Positions 44,800 through 64,000 are shown, counted from the stretch's first letter. The stretch is DNA of 64,000 nt from an uncultured Gemmatimonadales bacterium (GCA_963823035.1 CAWGKG010000014.1:448001-512000), one strand, 5' to 3'. A program made the numbers and translations. The notes: generated by a model not told the origin, from the sequence alone.

Positions 44800-44869
44800 G
44801 GAAGGACCTCGGTGCGATGCGTCGGACTGCGGGGAGCGCAGCAAAGGTACGTGGGAGAGGGGCCGTGGA

Positions 44870-45585
44870 TCAATCGTGGGGTTGGCGGCCCGTGCAACCG
44901 TTTCGTCCGTCCTCCTCCAGCACGAGGCTCCAGACGAAGCCGGGTGTGCGCCGCCACCACCCCGCGAAGGCACGGTCGCCCCCCGCGACGCGGACCGACG
45001 CCCATTCGCCGGCGGCCGTCGGACGGGTGCCCTCCACCTCGACCGAGCGCGTGTCCATCCGCAGCCCTTCGCCCAGCGCCTTCAGCGCCGACTCCTTGGC
45101 GCTCCACACCAGCGTCGCGCGTACGTCCCGCTCGGCCGCATCCTCCCGGATCCAGGCCGCTTCGGCGGGCGTGAAGTAGTCGGAGACGAAGGCCTCGCTC
45201 CTCGGAGCGACCGCCTCCACGTCGCAACCCAACCGGGTATGGCCCAACAGGGCCGCCGCGAAGCCGACGCCCTCCGAATGGCTCAAGGTGAGCGAGACGT
45301 GGGGCCACCCGTTGGGCGGCATGAAGCGGAGCGTCGGCGCACCCCCCTCCGAGGCGAGGATCTCGATCTGCTCGCGAGGGAGCGTGGGGAACCCCAGCGC
45401 CACCTGCGCCGCACCCTTCGCCACCCATCGGCCCAGCCGCCAGTCCGCGCGCCGCTTGGGCACGCGCCGTGTGCTCAGCCACAGACGCTCGGCCTCGGTG
45501 AGCCACGCGTCGTGCTCCGGCACGGACGCGGCGTCCGCGACGTGGACGCTCACGTCGGCGAGCGACGGGATCAGGCGGGCGGGCG

Positions 45586-45589
<4 letters not shown>
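44870..45589 (-). CDS. Sfp-type 4'-phosphopantetheinyl transferase
   Basis: LSHS, LGCDVE, FTPAE, WSAKESALKALGEGL; ATGA overlap with the synthase stop. Confidence 0.9.
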
Positions 45590-54042
<8,453 letters not shown>

Positions 54043-54044
54043 GC

Positions 54045-55725
54045 TCAAACCTCCACGGTTTCGTACAGCGCGTGGGCCACGTGGTCCATGTCGTCGATGA
54101 GGCCCGCCTGGGCGTCGTGCAGCGCCGCCAGCCCCAGGGCGACCTCGAAGGCCGGGCGGTCGGCGGCGCTCACCCCGTCGGCGCCCACGGCCCAGCGCAT
54201 CCCTTCGGCGGCCAGCTTGGCGGCCGCCTCCCTCGCGAAGACGCGGCTCACGGCCGCGAGCCCATCCGGCTTCAGACGGGCGTCGGCCTTGTCGGGAAGC
54301 GTCCCCGCCACCGCCGCCGCCGCGCGGCGCGCCAGGGCGCCCGCACCCTCCACCCAGGCCACCAATTCGCCCAGGCGGAAGAGAACGTGCTGATGGCGCG
54401 TGAGCCGCTGGACGCGCGCCCGCTCCAGGAGCTCGGCGAGCGCCCGGGTCGCCATCGCCGCGATGTTCGCGCCGACGCCCGGACTCGTCGCGTGCAGCGC
54501 GTCGAGTGCGGCGGCCTCGTCGTGGTAGTGCCGCCCGCGCGTCTTCAGGTGGGCCTGCCAGCGGTCACGCGCGATCGTCATCTCCATGATCTCCGAGGTG
54601 CCCTCGTAGATCGTGGTGATGCGCACGTCCCGCCGGATCTTCTCGACCATGTACTCGCGCACGTACCCGTAGCCGCCGTGCGCCTGGATCGCGGCGTCGG
54701 CCGCGCCGTTGCCCGCCTCCGTGGCCAGGTACTTCGCGATCGCGCCCTCGGTGTTGAGCGTCCCCTCTCCCGCGTCGATGCGGGTGGCCGTCTCCTCGAT
54801 GTAGGCGCGTCCCGCCTCCAGCCTGCAGGCGTGCGGGACGATGAGCTTGTGCGTGTAGCCCTGCTTCTGCGAGAGGGGCGTGCCGCCCTGGATGCGCGTG
54901 GTCGAGTAGCGGATCGCCCGGTCGAGGGCCTCCCACCCGGCCCCGAGCCCGAAGGCCGCGACCATCAGGCGCGTGTAGCCGAAGACGAGCTGGGCCTGCA
55001 CCAGCCCCTGGCCCTCGACCAGGCCGACCACGCTCGACGCGGGAACGAAGACGTCCTCCAGCGAGAGCGCGGCGGTGTTGCTGGCGCGGATGCCGTGCTT
55101 GTCCTCGGGAATGCCGTGACTGAACCCCTCGAGGCCCTTCTCCAGGACGAACCAGGTCGGGTCCGCCGGGCGCGAGCGCGAGCACGCTGTAGAGGTCGGC
55201 GTAGCCGCCGTTGCTGATCCACATCTTGGCGCCGTTCAGGCGATATCCCGTCACCACGCCGTCCTCGACGACGGGGGTGGCCGTGGTGCGGAGCGCACCC
55301 AGGTCGCTCCCCGCCTCGGGCTCCGTGGCGCCGTACGCCATCAGCAGCCCCTCCTCGGCGATGCGCCCCAGCCAGAGTGCCTTCTGCTCCTCCGTGCCGC
55401 CGAAGAGGATCGGGTCGCTGCCCAGGAACGTCGCCAGCACCCCGGTCGCGACGGCCAGGTCGATGGCGGCCATCAGCGCGCACACCCGGTAGACGTCGAA
55501 CGCGCCCCCGCCCATCCCGCCGTACGCTTCGGGGATGAAGAGGAGTTGCACGCCCAGGTCCGAGCACATGGCGCGCACGGTTTCCTCGGGAAACTCGTGG
55601 GAGCGGTCCAGGTCGAGCAGCCGCTGCTCCGGGAGATGGTGCTCCGAGAACTCGCGGATGGAGTCGAGGATCATGCCGAGGGTCTCCGCATCGAGACCCG
55701 CAAGGCCCTGGACGGCAGTGCTCAT
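54045..55725 (-). CDS. Acyl-CoA dehydrogenase family protein; frameshift near 55165
   Basis: [68 protein letters not shown]. Confidence 0.92.
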
Positions 55726-55941
55726 GGGCTTTTCCGGCCGGAACGAGGGACGTTGGCGCCGGGACACGGACGCACCCGTCCCGGCACCGTGTACGATCCC
55801 GCTCGGACGATCCCCGAGATAGAGGGCGGAAACCGGAGGATTTTGCGGGAAAAAGCCTTAGCCTACGTGGGGAGTTGCCCGACAGGACCGCCCGCGGGTT
55901 AGATTGTCCCGCTCGAGCCCACCACCGACCGCCGGCTTTCC

Positions 55942-58155
55942 GTGCCCCTGCCCCTCCGCTTCCCCCTGCTCGCGCTCGGCCTCCTCGCGGGGCTGGCGCC
56001 CGCCCGGGCCCGCGCCCAGGCCCCGGCCCCGATCGACGTGGAAACGGCGCCCCGACCCCAGGCGGTCGCCACCCGGGTGACGACGCCCATCGTGCTGGAC
56101 GGCGTCCTGGACGAGGCCGCCTGGGCCGGGGCGCCCGTGCTGGGCGGCTTCGTGCAGTCCCGCCCGGACAGGGGGATGCCGGCCACGGAGGAGACCGAGG
56201 TCCGCATCCTCTACGACGACGCCAACCTGTACATCGGGGTGGAGCTGCTCGACCGCGAGCCGGACAAGCTGACGATCCCGAGCCTGGAACAGGACTTCGA
56301 GAGCGGGAACTCGGACATCTTCGGGATCACCCTGGACACGTTCCTCGACCGGCGGAACGCCTTCATGTTCCTCGTGAACCCGAAGGGCGCCGTGAAGGAG
56401 GCGCAGGACTTCGACGACTCGCGCCAGGAGAACGCGGCGTGGGAGGGCATCTTCGAGGTCCGCACCACCGTGCACGAACGCGGCTGGACGGTGGAGTGGG
56501 CCATCCCCTTCACGACGCTGCGCTTCGACCCCCGCAAGGACCCGCAGACGTGGGGGATGAACATGATGCGGCGCATCCGGCGCAAGAACGAGGAGTCGTA
56601 CTGGGCGCCGATCGACCAGCGCGACCGCATCCACAAGATGTCCAAGGCCGGAACGCTCACCGGGCTGCGGGGACTGCGCTCCGGGCGGAACCTGGTGGTG
56701 AAGCCGTACGTGGTGGCCGCGCGCGCCGAGGGCGGCGCGGACGGCGGGGCCGAAGGCGGCTCCTCGGACGCGGGGATCGACCTCAAGTACGGCGTCACCC
56801 CCCGCCTCACGCTGGACCTGACCTGGCGGACGGACTTCAGCCAGGTGGAGGTGGACCAGGAGCGCGTGAACCTCACCCGCTTCAGCCTCTTCTTCCCCGA
56901 GCGGCGCGACTTCTTCACCGAGAACTCCGGGGTCTTCTCGTTCGGGGACATCACCGAGCGCAACTACCGGTCCGGCTCGTCGCTGTCGAACTTCACGCTC
57001 TTTCATTCCCGGCGCATCGGACTGGACGCGAACGGCCAGGAGGTGCCGATCGTGGGCGGCGGGCGGCTCACCGGAAGGGCGGCGGGATTGGAGATCGGCG
57101 CGCTCGACATGCAGACGCGGGCGGCGAGCGGGCTACCCGAGGAGAACTTCGCCGTGCTGCGCGCCAAGCGGACGGTGGAGGGCGTCGGGGACTTCGGCGG
57201 GATCTTCGTGAACCGGCAGGCGACCGACGGCTCGGGCTCCTTCAACCGGACGTACGGGGTGGAGGCCAACCTCGCGCCGCACCGCTACCTGCGCATCGAC
57301 TCCTACCTCGCCAAGGTGGACGACGCGACGGCCACCGGATCGGACTGGGCCGGGCGCGTCTGGGTCGGGTGGCGGGACCCCTTCTGGAACGTCGCAGGCT
57401 CCGTGAAGCAGGTAGGGGACGGCTTCGTGCCGCGCGTAGGCTTCGTGCGCCGCCGCGGGGTGCGCCAGGAGTACGGCACCGTGGGCGTGCACGTCAGGCC
57501 CGTCTCGATCGGATGGCTCAACGAGGTGAACCCCTTCGTGGAGGTCGACTACACCACCGACCTGGACGGCCGCCTGTTGTCGCGCAGCTGGGCCGCCTCC
57601 TTCGACGTGAGCTACCGCGACGGGGGGAGCCTCGGCTTCGACCTCGTCGACGACTTCGAGCGGCTCGACGAGCCATTCACGGTGCGTCCCGGCGCGGTCG
57701 TACCGGTGGGCGACTACGACTTCCGCACGGCGCGCGTCAGCGCCGGGACGTCTGCCGGACGACCGCTGTGGGCACGCGTCAGCCTGGCCAACGGCGGCTT
57801 CTACGACGGGCGGCGCACGACGCTGTCGCTCTCGGGGCAGTGGCGCGTGGACTACCACCTCGCGTTCGACTACTCGGCCGAGCGCAACGAGGTATCGCTC
57901 CCGGGGGCCGAGGACTTCGCCGCCAACGTCTACGGCCTGCGCGCGATCTTCGCGGCGTCCACGCGCTTCTTCACGAGCGCGTTCGTACAGTACAACGCGC
58001 TCACCGAGGAGGTGGTGACGAACGTGCGGGTGGACTACATCCACGCGCCGCTGTCGGACCTCTTCCTCGTCTACACGGAGCGTCGGGACCGCACGGGTTC
58101 CGTCCCCGCCGACCGGCTCCTCTCCTTCAAGGTCACGAAGGCGATCGCCTTCTAG
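55942..58155 (+). CDS. CBM9-like/DUF5916 domain outer-membrane protein
   Basis: LDGVLDEAAW, ILYDD, GWTVEWAIPF, DFSQVEVD, NLTRFSLFFPERRDFFTE, FHSRRIG. Confidence 0.85.
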   Translation: MPLPLRFPLLALGLLAGLAPARARAQAPAPIDVETAPRPQAVATRVTTPIVLDGVLDEAAWAGAPVLGGFVQSRPDRGMPATEETEVRILYDDANLYIGVELLDREPDKLTIPSLEQDFESGNSDIFGITLDTFLDRRNAFMFLVNPKGAVKEAQDFDDSRQENAAWEGIFEVRTTVHERGWTVEWAIPFTTLRFDPRKDPQTWGMNMMRRIRRKNEESYWAPIDQRDRIHKMSKAGTLTGLRGLRSGRNLVVKPYVVAARAEGGADGGAEGGSSDAGIDLKYGVTPRLTLDLTWRTDFSQVEVDQERVNLTRFSLFFPERRDFFTENSGVFSFGDITERNYRSGSSLSNFTLFHSRRIGLDANGQEVPIVGGGRLTGRAAGLEIGALDMQTRAASGLPEENFAVLRAKRTVEGVGDFGGIFVNRQATDGSGSFNRTYGVEANLAPHRYLRIDSYLAKVDDATATGSDWAGRVWVGWRDPFWNVAGSVKQVGDGFVPRVGFVRRRGVRQEYGTVGVHVRPVSIGWLNEVNPFVEVDYTTDLDGRLLSRSWAASFDVSYRDGGSLGFDLVDDFERLDEPFTVRPGAVVPVGDYDFRTARVSAGTSAGRPLWARVSLANGGFYDGRRTTLSLSGQWRVDYHLAFDYSAERNEVSLPGAEDFAANVYGLRAIFAASTRFFTSAFVQYNALTEEVVTNVRVDYIHAPLSDLFLVYTERRDRTGSVPADRLLSFKVTKAIAF

Positions 58156-59213
58156 GGCGCGGATCCGGGGTGTCCGACCCGCGCGGGGGGTGAGGGCACG
58201 GCAGTCTGGATCAGGAAGGTGATCGCGCGCTCCAGGATGAGGTCCTCGCCGGTCTCGGGGTGGGGTGAGCTGGAGAGGAGATCGGGCGCCAGCCCGATGC
58301 CCTCGTAGATATCGCCATCCGCCGTGACCTGCCTCCAGCGGGGAACGTGCAGGAGCCACCCGTTGGGCAGCTCGCGGGCGATCGGGTTGCCGGATCCGCC
58401 CCCCGTCGTGTCGCCGATGAACGTCGTGTTCGCCCGTGTGCGCATGGCCAGGACGAAGTCCTCCGCGGCCGAGAAGACCCCGCGGTTCTGGAGGACCGCG
58501 ACGGGCCCGTCGAAACGCTGGGCGCCTTGCGGCCCGACTGTCGTCGCCACCTCGGGTCCGAAGTCCTCGTGTCCGGGCCCGTTCTTGTACCGGACCATGC
58601 GGTACACCGCCTCCTCTTCGAGGAAGCGCCCCGCCGCCGCCTCGGCCTCGGAGTCCGAGCCGCCCCCGTTGCTGCGTACGTCGATGACGAGCGCGTTCAG
58701 CGGGCCCATCGCCGCCAGGGCCGCATCCACGGCCTCGCCGACACCCTCGCGGCCGAACGACGGGATACGGAGGTACCCCATGCCGTCGCGGAGCATCGCC
58801 CAGCTCGCCACGCCGCCGGCCTCGACCCCCATCGGCCGCCGGAGGTAGCGGGCGGTGGCCGCCGCCGCGTAGTTGGTGGGGTGGTCCTCGACCCACCCAC
58901 GCCACGCGTGCCGGCTACCGACACCCTCCAGCGCCAGGTGACCGTCACGGAGCCGGTCCAGCATCCCGGAGAGGATGCCGAACAGCTCGTCCGGCCCGGT
59001 GTCGGGGCCGACCCGCGCGAGGTACTCCCCGCCGACGGCGTCCCAGTCGACCCCCTTGAGGGCGAACCAGGGATAGTAGGCGTCCACCTCCTCCCAGGCG
59101 GCGCTTGCCACCTCCTCGGGCCCGTTCCCGGGGTCCGGCGGAAGCAACGCGTCGGCGCACGCGCTCGAGAAGAGGACGACGGCAGCCGACCCGGCGGCGC
59201 GTGCGAGGCTCAC
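58152..59213 (-). CDS. S41 family peptidase, lipoprotein
   Basis: SSAC lipobox, YYPWF..KGVDW, LRDGH, GYLRI, IDVRSNGGG, FSAAEDF, IGDTTGG, EGIG..PD. Confidence 0.9.
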   Translation of the reverse strand: MSLARAAGSAAVVLFSSACADALLPPDPGNGPEEVASAAWEEVDAYYPWFALKGVDWDAVGGEYLARVGPDTGPDELFGILSGMLDRLRDGHLALEGVGSRHAWRGWVEDHPTNYAAAATARYLRRPMGVEAGGVASWAMLRDGMGYLRIPSFGREGVGEAVDAALAAMGPLNALVIDVRSNGGGSDSEAEAAAGRFLEEEAVYRMVRYKNGPGHEDFGPEVATTVGPQGAQRFDGPVAVLQNRGVFSAAEDFVLAMRTRANTTFIGDTTGGGSGNPIARELPNGWLLHVPRWRQVTADGDIYEGIGLAPDLLSSSPHPETGEDLILERAITFLIQTAVPSPPARVGHPGSAP

Positions 59214-59998
59214 CGCGAGCCCCCCAGCACGATCCCGAGGCCGGCGCCGAGCTGCTGCTGCACCACCCGCACGAGTCGGTTCCTGTCGGTGTCGTAGTAG
59301 CGCAGCTCGTGGGTGAGCTGGAGCCGGATGCGCGGCGACATCGCCCACGTGACGGACATCCGGTGATGGAAGACGCGGAGCGAGGCCGGACCCGCGAGGG
59401 ATGCGTCCGGGAAGGTCTTCGTCGCGGCCCATGGGCTCCGGAAGAGGACGGCGACGAGGCCCACGCCCACACGCTCGTCGACGACCGTGGTCCCGAGAAC
59501 CCGGCTCACCTCCCCGACCGCCGAGACGGGGAAGACGAGGTCCGCGAAGTACTCGCGCGGCGCGCTCCTCCCGTAGTGGTGCCGGCGCACGAAGGCCAGG
59601 CCCGACAGGCCGACACCGGCCCGCACCGTCGTGCGCGCACCTCCGCCGACCGGCCGGAGATAGGCGACGTCGAGGCCAGCCATCCACCCGTCCTCGACGC
59701 CCGCGTCGGGTCCGTCCAGGCTCGAGGAGGTGCCCACGGAGGTGACCAGGAGATCGACCGAGAAGGCGCCGTGCGCGAATCCGACCCCCAGCGCGGGGCC
59801 CGTTCCGGATTGGCGGAAGGGGGACGCGAGCAGGTCCGTGTGCGCGTCGAAGGTCGGCCCCACCCTGAGCCCGAGCCGACTGGAGTCGGCCGCCGCCGCA
59901 TGCGCCGGCAACGCACGCGCAACGGCGGGCCCCGGAGCCGCCACCAGGAGCACGGCCAGGAGCCCGCCGAGGCGAACGCTCTCCAGGGCCACGCTCAC
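59210..59998 (-). CDS. Hypothetical exported protein, probable outer-membrane beta-barrel
   Basis: Signal peptide, DLLASP..QSG, amphipathic strands; GTGA-coupled to the S41 gene. Confidence 0.55.
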   Translation of the reverse strand: MSVALESVRLGGLLAVLLVAAPGPAVARALPAHAAAADSSRLGLRVGPTFDAHTDLLASPFRQSGTGPALGVGFAHGAFSVDLLVTSVGTSSSLDGPDAGVEDGWMAGLDVAYLRPVGGGARTTVRAGVGLSGLAFVRRHHYGRSAPREYFADLVFPVSAVGEVSRVLGTTVVDERVGVGLVAVLFRSPWAATKTFPDASLAGPASLRVFHHRMSVTWAMSPRIRLQLTHELRYYDTDRNRLVRVVQQQLGAGLGIVLGGSR

Positions 59999-60002
59999 CG
60001 CC

Positions 60003-61637
60003 TCAGGGGCCGTCCTCCTCCTGACTGATGGCCTTCGGATGGACGGTCGGATACGTGATGCCGAGCTGCTCGAGATACGTGCCGAACTTCGAGGGATCGT
60101 AGTAGTACGGCCGCATGAGCGGGCGATACCGCTCCATGATGTCGGCGTTCAGGAACGTCGCGGGCTTGTCCGACGCGCTGATGAAGGCCGTGTACTTCTG
60201 CTCCTTCGTCTGCACGTCGTTGAAGTAGGCCCACGCGTCCGTGACCACCTGGGGCGTGAGGAGGATGTCGAGCAGCGTGAGCGCCTGCACCTTCGCGCCG
60301 GCCACGCCGCCCTTGTGCGCGATGGGCGTGGCCATGGCGATGCCGTTCGCCCAGTTGTGCCCCGGACCGCCGGGCATGTTCGACGGATAGCTCAGCACCA
60401 CGGTCGGCATGTTCCAGGAGATGTCGCCGATGTCGTCCGAGCCGCCGCCGAGCGAGCGCTCCAGGTCGACGGGACCGCGCATGGGTCGGATCGAGTCGGC
60501 GAGCCCGCGCTCCTCCTGGCCGAGCTCGCGCTGCAGCGCGTTGGCGAGCTGAACGTCCTTCTCGTCCCACTTCGGCAGACCCACGCGCTCGATGTTGGCG
60601 TACGTCACCTCCGCGATCGTCTTGTTGAAGTGTCCGGACCAGGCGGAGCCGACCGTCTGGATCGTGTCGATCTCCGCGCCGGTCATGAGCGCGGCCCCCT
60701 GAGCCATCTTCACGGCGGCCTCGTACATCGCCTTCGTGCGCGGGTAGTCACGCTCGCGGAAGTAGAACCAGATGCCGGCCGACTGCGGCACCACGTTGGG
60801 CTGGTCCCCACCGTCGATGATCACGTAGTGCGATCGGGACGCCGGCTCCAGGTGCTCGCGGTGGTATTCCCACGCCGTGGCCATGAGCATCGCGGCGTCC
60901 AGCGCGGAGCGGCCCCGCCACGGCGCGCCGGCGGCGTGCGCCGACTCGCCCTTGAACCTGAACTGCACCGACCAGAGGGCGTTCGAGCCGGATTGCCCCC
61001 ACGACACGCCGAAATTCGAGCCCACGTGCGTGAAGAGGTTCACGTCCACGCCGTCGAACACGTGGTCCCGGACGTAGAAGGCCTTGGAGGCCACCTGCTC
61101 CTCGGCGATGCCCGGCCAGATCAGGAGCGTGCCCGAGATGTTCTCGCGCTCCATGATCTCCTTCACGGCCAACGCGGCCACGATGTTCACGGCCTGCCCG
61201 GAGTTGTGCCCCTCGCCGTGCCCCGGCGCGCCCGCGACGATCGGGTCGTGGTAGCCCACCCCGGGCTTCTGGTTGGCCTGCGGGATGTCGTCGACGTCCG
61301 AGCCGAGCGCGATCACGGGCTTGCCGGTGCCGTTCGTCCACCGCGCCGTCCACGCCGAGGGCATCCCCGCCACGCCCTTCTCCACCTGGAATCCGTGGTC
61401 CGCCAGCAGCCCCGTCAGGTACCGCTGCGTCTCGAACTCCTGCATGCCGAGCTCCCCGAAGGAGAACAGCATGTCGATGATCTCCTGGACCATCTTCGCG
61501 TTGTCCTGGACCTTCTCGAGCGCCTGCTCCTTGAGGCGCTCCAGCCGGGGGTCCGCGTTCTGCGCCGTCAGCACGGACGGCAGTGCCATGGCGGCCGCCA
61601 GGGCGATGGGGACGACTCGGCGCGCGGTCGAGCGCAT
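60003..61637 (-). CDS. Secreted M20D/AbgB-like amidohydrolase, copy 1
   Basis: Signal peptide, ELGMQEFET, GHGEGHN, AEE, SAHAAGAPWRGRSALDA, QPNVVP, GSDDIGD. Confidence 0.9.
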   Translation of the reverse strand: MRSTARRVVPIALAAAMALPSVLTAQNADPRLERLKEQALEKVQDNAKMVQEIIDMLFSFGELGMQEFETQRYLTGLLADHGFQVEKGVAGMPSAWTARWTNGTGKPVIALGSDVDDIPQANQKPGVGYHDPIVAGAPGHGEGHNSGQAVNIVAALAVKEIMERENISGTLLIWPGIAEEQVASKAFYVRDHVFDGVDVNLFTHVGSNFGVSWGQSGSNALWSVQFRFKGESAHAAGAPWRGRSALDAAMLMATAWEYHREHLEPASRSHYVIIDGGDQPNVVPQSAGIWFYFRERDYPRTKAMYEAAVKMAQGAALMTGAEIDTIQTVGSAWSGHFNKTIAEVTYANIERVGLPKWDEKDVQLANALQRELGQEERGLADSIRPMRGPVDLERSLGGGSDDIGDISWNMPTVVLSYPSNMPGGPGHNWANGIAMATPIAHKGGVAGAKVQALTLLDILLTPQVVTDAWAYFNDVQTKEQKYTAFISASDKPATFLNADIMERYRPLMRPYYYDPSKFGTYLEQLGITYPTVHPKAISQEEDGP

Positions 61638-61746
61638 GGGGATCCTCCGAGGGGATGAGGCCGGGGGGCCGGGGAGGCGGCCGGATTTCGTGGGGGGAGA
61701 GGATGGCCCCGCCCGTGGCTACCCGCAAGGCGCCCGCGCCTCCCGC

Positions 61747-62385
61747 TCAGCCGGCCGCGAGGGCCCGGGAAAGGCCCGGGATCGCGGAGGCACGCGCGTG
61801 CACCTCGCGCACGCCCGTGAAGGCGACGAGATGGCGCACGTGGTCGCCACGCACCCCTCCGCCCGCGAGGATCGCGATGCGGTCCGACGCGTGCCGCACC
61901 AGCGCCGCGATCCGGTCGGCGTGGTCGCGCGCCCGGCCCGGCCCGCCCGCCGTGAGGACGCGCCGCACGCCCAGGTCGATCAGGACGTCGAGGGCGGCGA
62001 GCGGGTCGGCCACCTCGTCGAAGGCGCGGTGGAAGGTCACCGGGAGGTCGGCGGCGGCCTCGACGCACAGGCGCGTCGTGCCCCCGTCCACCGTGCCGTC
62101 GTGGTGGAGCGCGCCCATGACGATCCCGTCGGCGCCGGCGCCGCGCAGAGCGGTGACGTCCGCGAGGAGCAGCGCCACCTCGTGGACCTCGAGCACGAAC
62201 GGCCCCGGGCGGGTCCGCGCCATCGCGAAGACCGGCACGTCGACGGCGGCGCGCACGGCCGCGAGGAGCGCGGGCGGTGGGGTCAGCCCGCCGGTGTCGA
62301 GATCCCGGCAAAGCTCGAGGCGGTGGGCGCCCGCCTGCACGGCGCCCACCGCCTCGTCGAGCGTGGTGACGCAGGCCTCGATCAG
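61747..62385 (-). CDS. cutC: Copper homeostasis protein CutC (probable CTG start)
   Basis: IEACV, AGAHRLELC, GGLTP, GADGIV.G, VTFHRAFD, RVLTAGG, ILAGGGV, EVH. Confidence 0.88.
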   Translation of the reverse strand: MIEACVTTLDEAVGAVQAGAHRLELCRDLDTGGLTPPPALLAAVRAAVDVPVFAMARTRPGPFVLEVHEVALLLADVTALRGAGADGIVMGALHHDGTVDGGTTRLCVEAAADLPVTFHRAFDEVADPLAALDVLIDLGVRRVLTAGGPGRARDHADRIAALVRHASDRIAILAGGGVRGDHVRHLVAFTGVREVHARASAIPGLSRALAAG

Positions 62386-64000
62386 AGGCCGCCCCCTCCG
62401 CCCGGAGCGCCCGCCTGCCCGTCCTCGGCGTCCTGGCTGATCGCCTTCGGATGCACGGTCGGATACGTGATGCCGAGCTGCTCGCAGGTAGGTGTCGTAC
62501 TTCGACGGATCGTAGTAGTAGGGCCGCATGAGCGGACGGTACTTCTCCATGATCTCGGCGTTCAGGAACGTCGCCGGCTTGTCCGCCGCGGTGATGAAGG
62601 GGATGTACTTCTGCTCCTTGGTCTGGACGTTGTTGAAGTAGTCCCAGGCGTCCGTGACGAGCTTCGGCGTCAGGAGAAGATCCAGGAGCGTGAGCGCCTG
62701 CACCTTCGCGCCCGCCACCGCGCCCTTGTGCGCGATGGGCGTGGCCATGGCGATGCCGTTCGCCCAGTTGTGTCCGGGCAGACCCGGCATGTTCGACGGG
62801 AAGCGGAGCGTCACGGTCGGCATGTTCCAGGAGACGTCGCCGATGTCGTCCGAACCGCCACCCAGCGACCGCGACAGATCGACCGGGCCCTGAGAGCGAG
62901 TCCAGCTCGGTCGCCAGCCCGACCTCCTCCTGTCCGAGCTCCCGCTGGATGCCCTTCGCGAGCGTGAGGTCCGCGTCGCTCCACTTCGGCAGGCCGACGC
63001 GCTGGATGTTGGCGTACTCGGCCTCGGCGATCGGTTTGCTGAAGTGCCGGCCCCACGCGGTGCCCACCGTCTGGATGGTGTCGATCTCGGTGCCGGTCAT
63101 GAGCGCGGCGCCCTGCGCCATCTTCACGGCGGCGTCGTACATCGCCTTCGTCTTCTCGTAGTCGCGCTCGCGGAAGTAGAACCAGATCGTGGAGGTCTGC
63201 GGCACCACGTTCGGCTGGTCACCGCCGTCCACGATCACGTAGTGCGAGCGGGCGGCCGGCTGCAGGTGCTCGCGGTGGTACTCCCAGCCGGTGGCCATGA
63301 GCATCGCCGCGTCCAGCGCCGAGCGCCCGCGCCACGGCGCCCCCGCCGCGTGCGCGGACTCGCCGACGAACTTGAACTGCGCCGACCAGAGCGCATTCCC
63401 CCCACCCGTGCCCCACGACATCCCGAAGTTGTCGCCCACGTGGGTGAAGAGGTTCACGTCCACGCCGTCGAACACGCCGTCACGCACGTAGAACGCCTTC
63501 GTCCCGACCAGCTCCTCCGCGATCCCCGGCCAGATGAGGAGCGTGCCGGAGATGTTGTCCCGCTCCATGATCTCCTTCACGGCGAGCGCGGCCACGATGT
63601 TCACCGCCTGTCCCGAGTTGTGGCCCTCGCCGTGGCCCGGAGCGCCGGCCACGATCGGGTCGTGGTAGCCCACGCCCGGCTTCTGGTTGGCCTGCGGGAT
63701 GTCGTCGACGTCCGAGCCGAGGGCGATCACGGGCTTGCCCGTGCCGTTCGACCAGCGCGCGGTCCACGCCGAAGGGATGCCGGCGACGCCCTTCTCGATC
63801 GCGAACCCGTGGTCCGCCAGCAGTCCGGTCAGGTACTTCTGGGTCTCGAACTCCTGGAAGCCCAGCTCGCCGAACGAGAACAGCATGTCGACGATCTCCT
63901 GGACCATCTTCGAGTTGTCCTGGACCTTCTGCAGCGCCTCCTCCTTGAGGCGAGCGAGGCGGGGGTCCGCCTTCTGGGCCTGGAGGGAGGGGGCGGCGAG
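62382..64000 (-). CDS. M20D/AbgB-like amidohydrolase, copy 2 (5' end outside window; frameshifts near 62890 and 62485)
   Basis: Same motifs as copy 1, with long stretches of identical protein sequence. Confidence 0.88.

Noticed and set aside
61747..62823. Apparent amidohydrolase-CutC fusion
   Set aside because: An extra base near 62485 relative to copy 1 explains it. The corrected frame stops at 62382.

Overview
Very high-GC bacterial chromosome segment, probably Gemmatimonadota. This is an inference from the SusC/SusD pair, ADOP permeases, DUF5916 protein and gene order. A minus-strand housekeeping backbone (yebC-ruvC-ruvA...ruvB-queA...tgt-yajC-def-fmt-thiE-thiS-thiG-rsmB-PASTA-...-tlpA-ybbR-tsaD-lgt-...-bamA-like) is broken by two accessory blocks of about 14 kb. 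The block between ruvA and ruvB holds a glycosylation cluster, plug-only proteins and SusC/SusD. The block between queA and tgt holds three PadR+ADOP permease modules, an M28 peptidase and a TMTC-like GT-C/TPR protein. The most striking locus is a three-gene operon: acyl-CoA dehydrogenase, a PfaA-like iterative type I synthase (KS-AT-KS-ACPx3-KR-DH, no ER or TE) and an Sfp-type PPTase. All three ACPs have Thr (GIDT) instead of the canonical Ser at the phosphopantetheine site, and the ACP cores contain no Ser. Other observations: a PadR-ADOP cassette bounded by a 101-bp direct repeat of the queA 3' end; palindromic operators upstream of each PadR; two probable CUG starts in CTGA overlaps; a REP-like palindrome; tandem amidohydrolase paralogues around cutC. 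Many single-base frameshifts, including in def, fmt, queA and yebC, most likely reflect long-read consensus errors. No rRNA, tRNA, CRISPR array or transposase was recognised.
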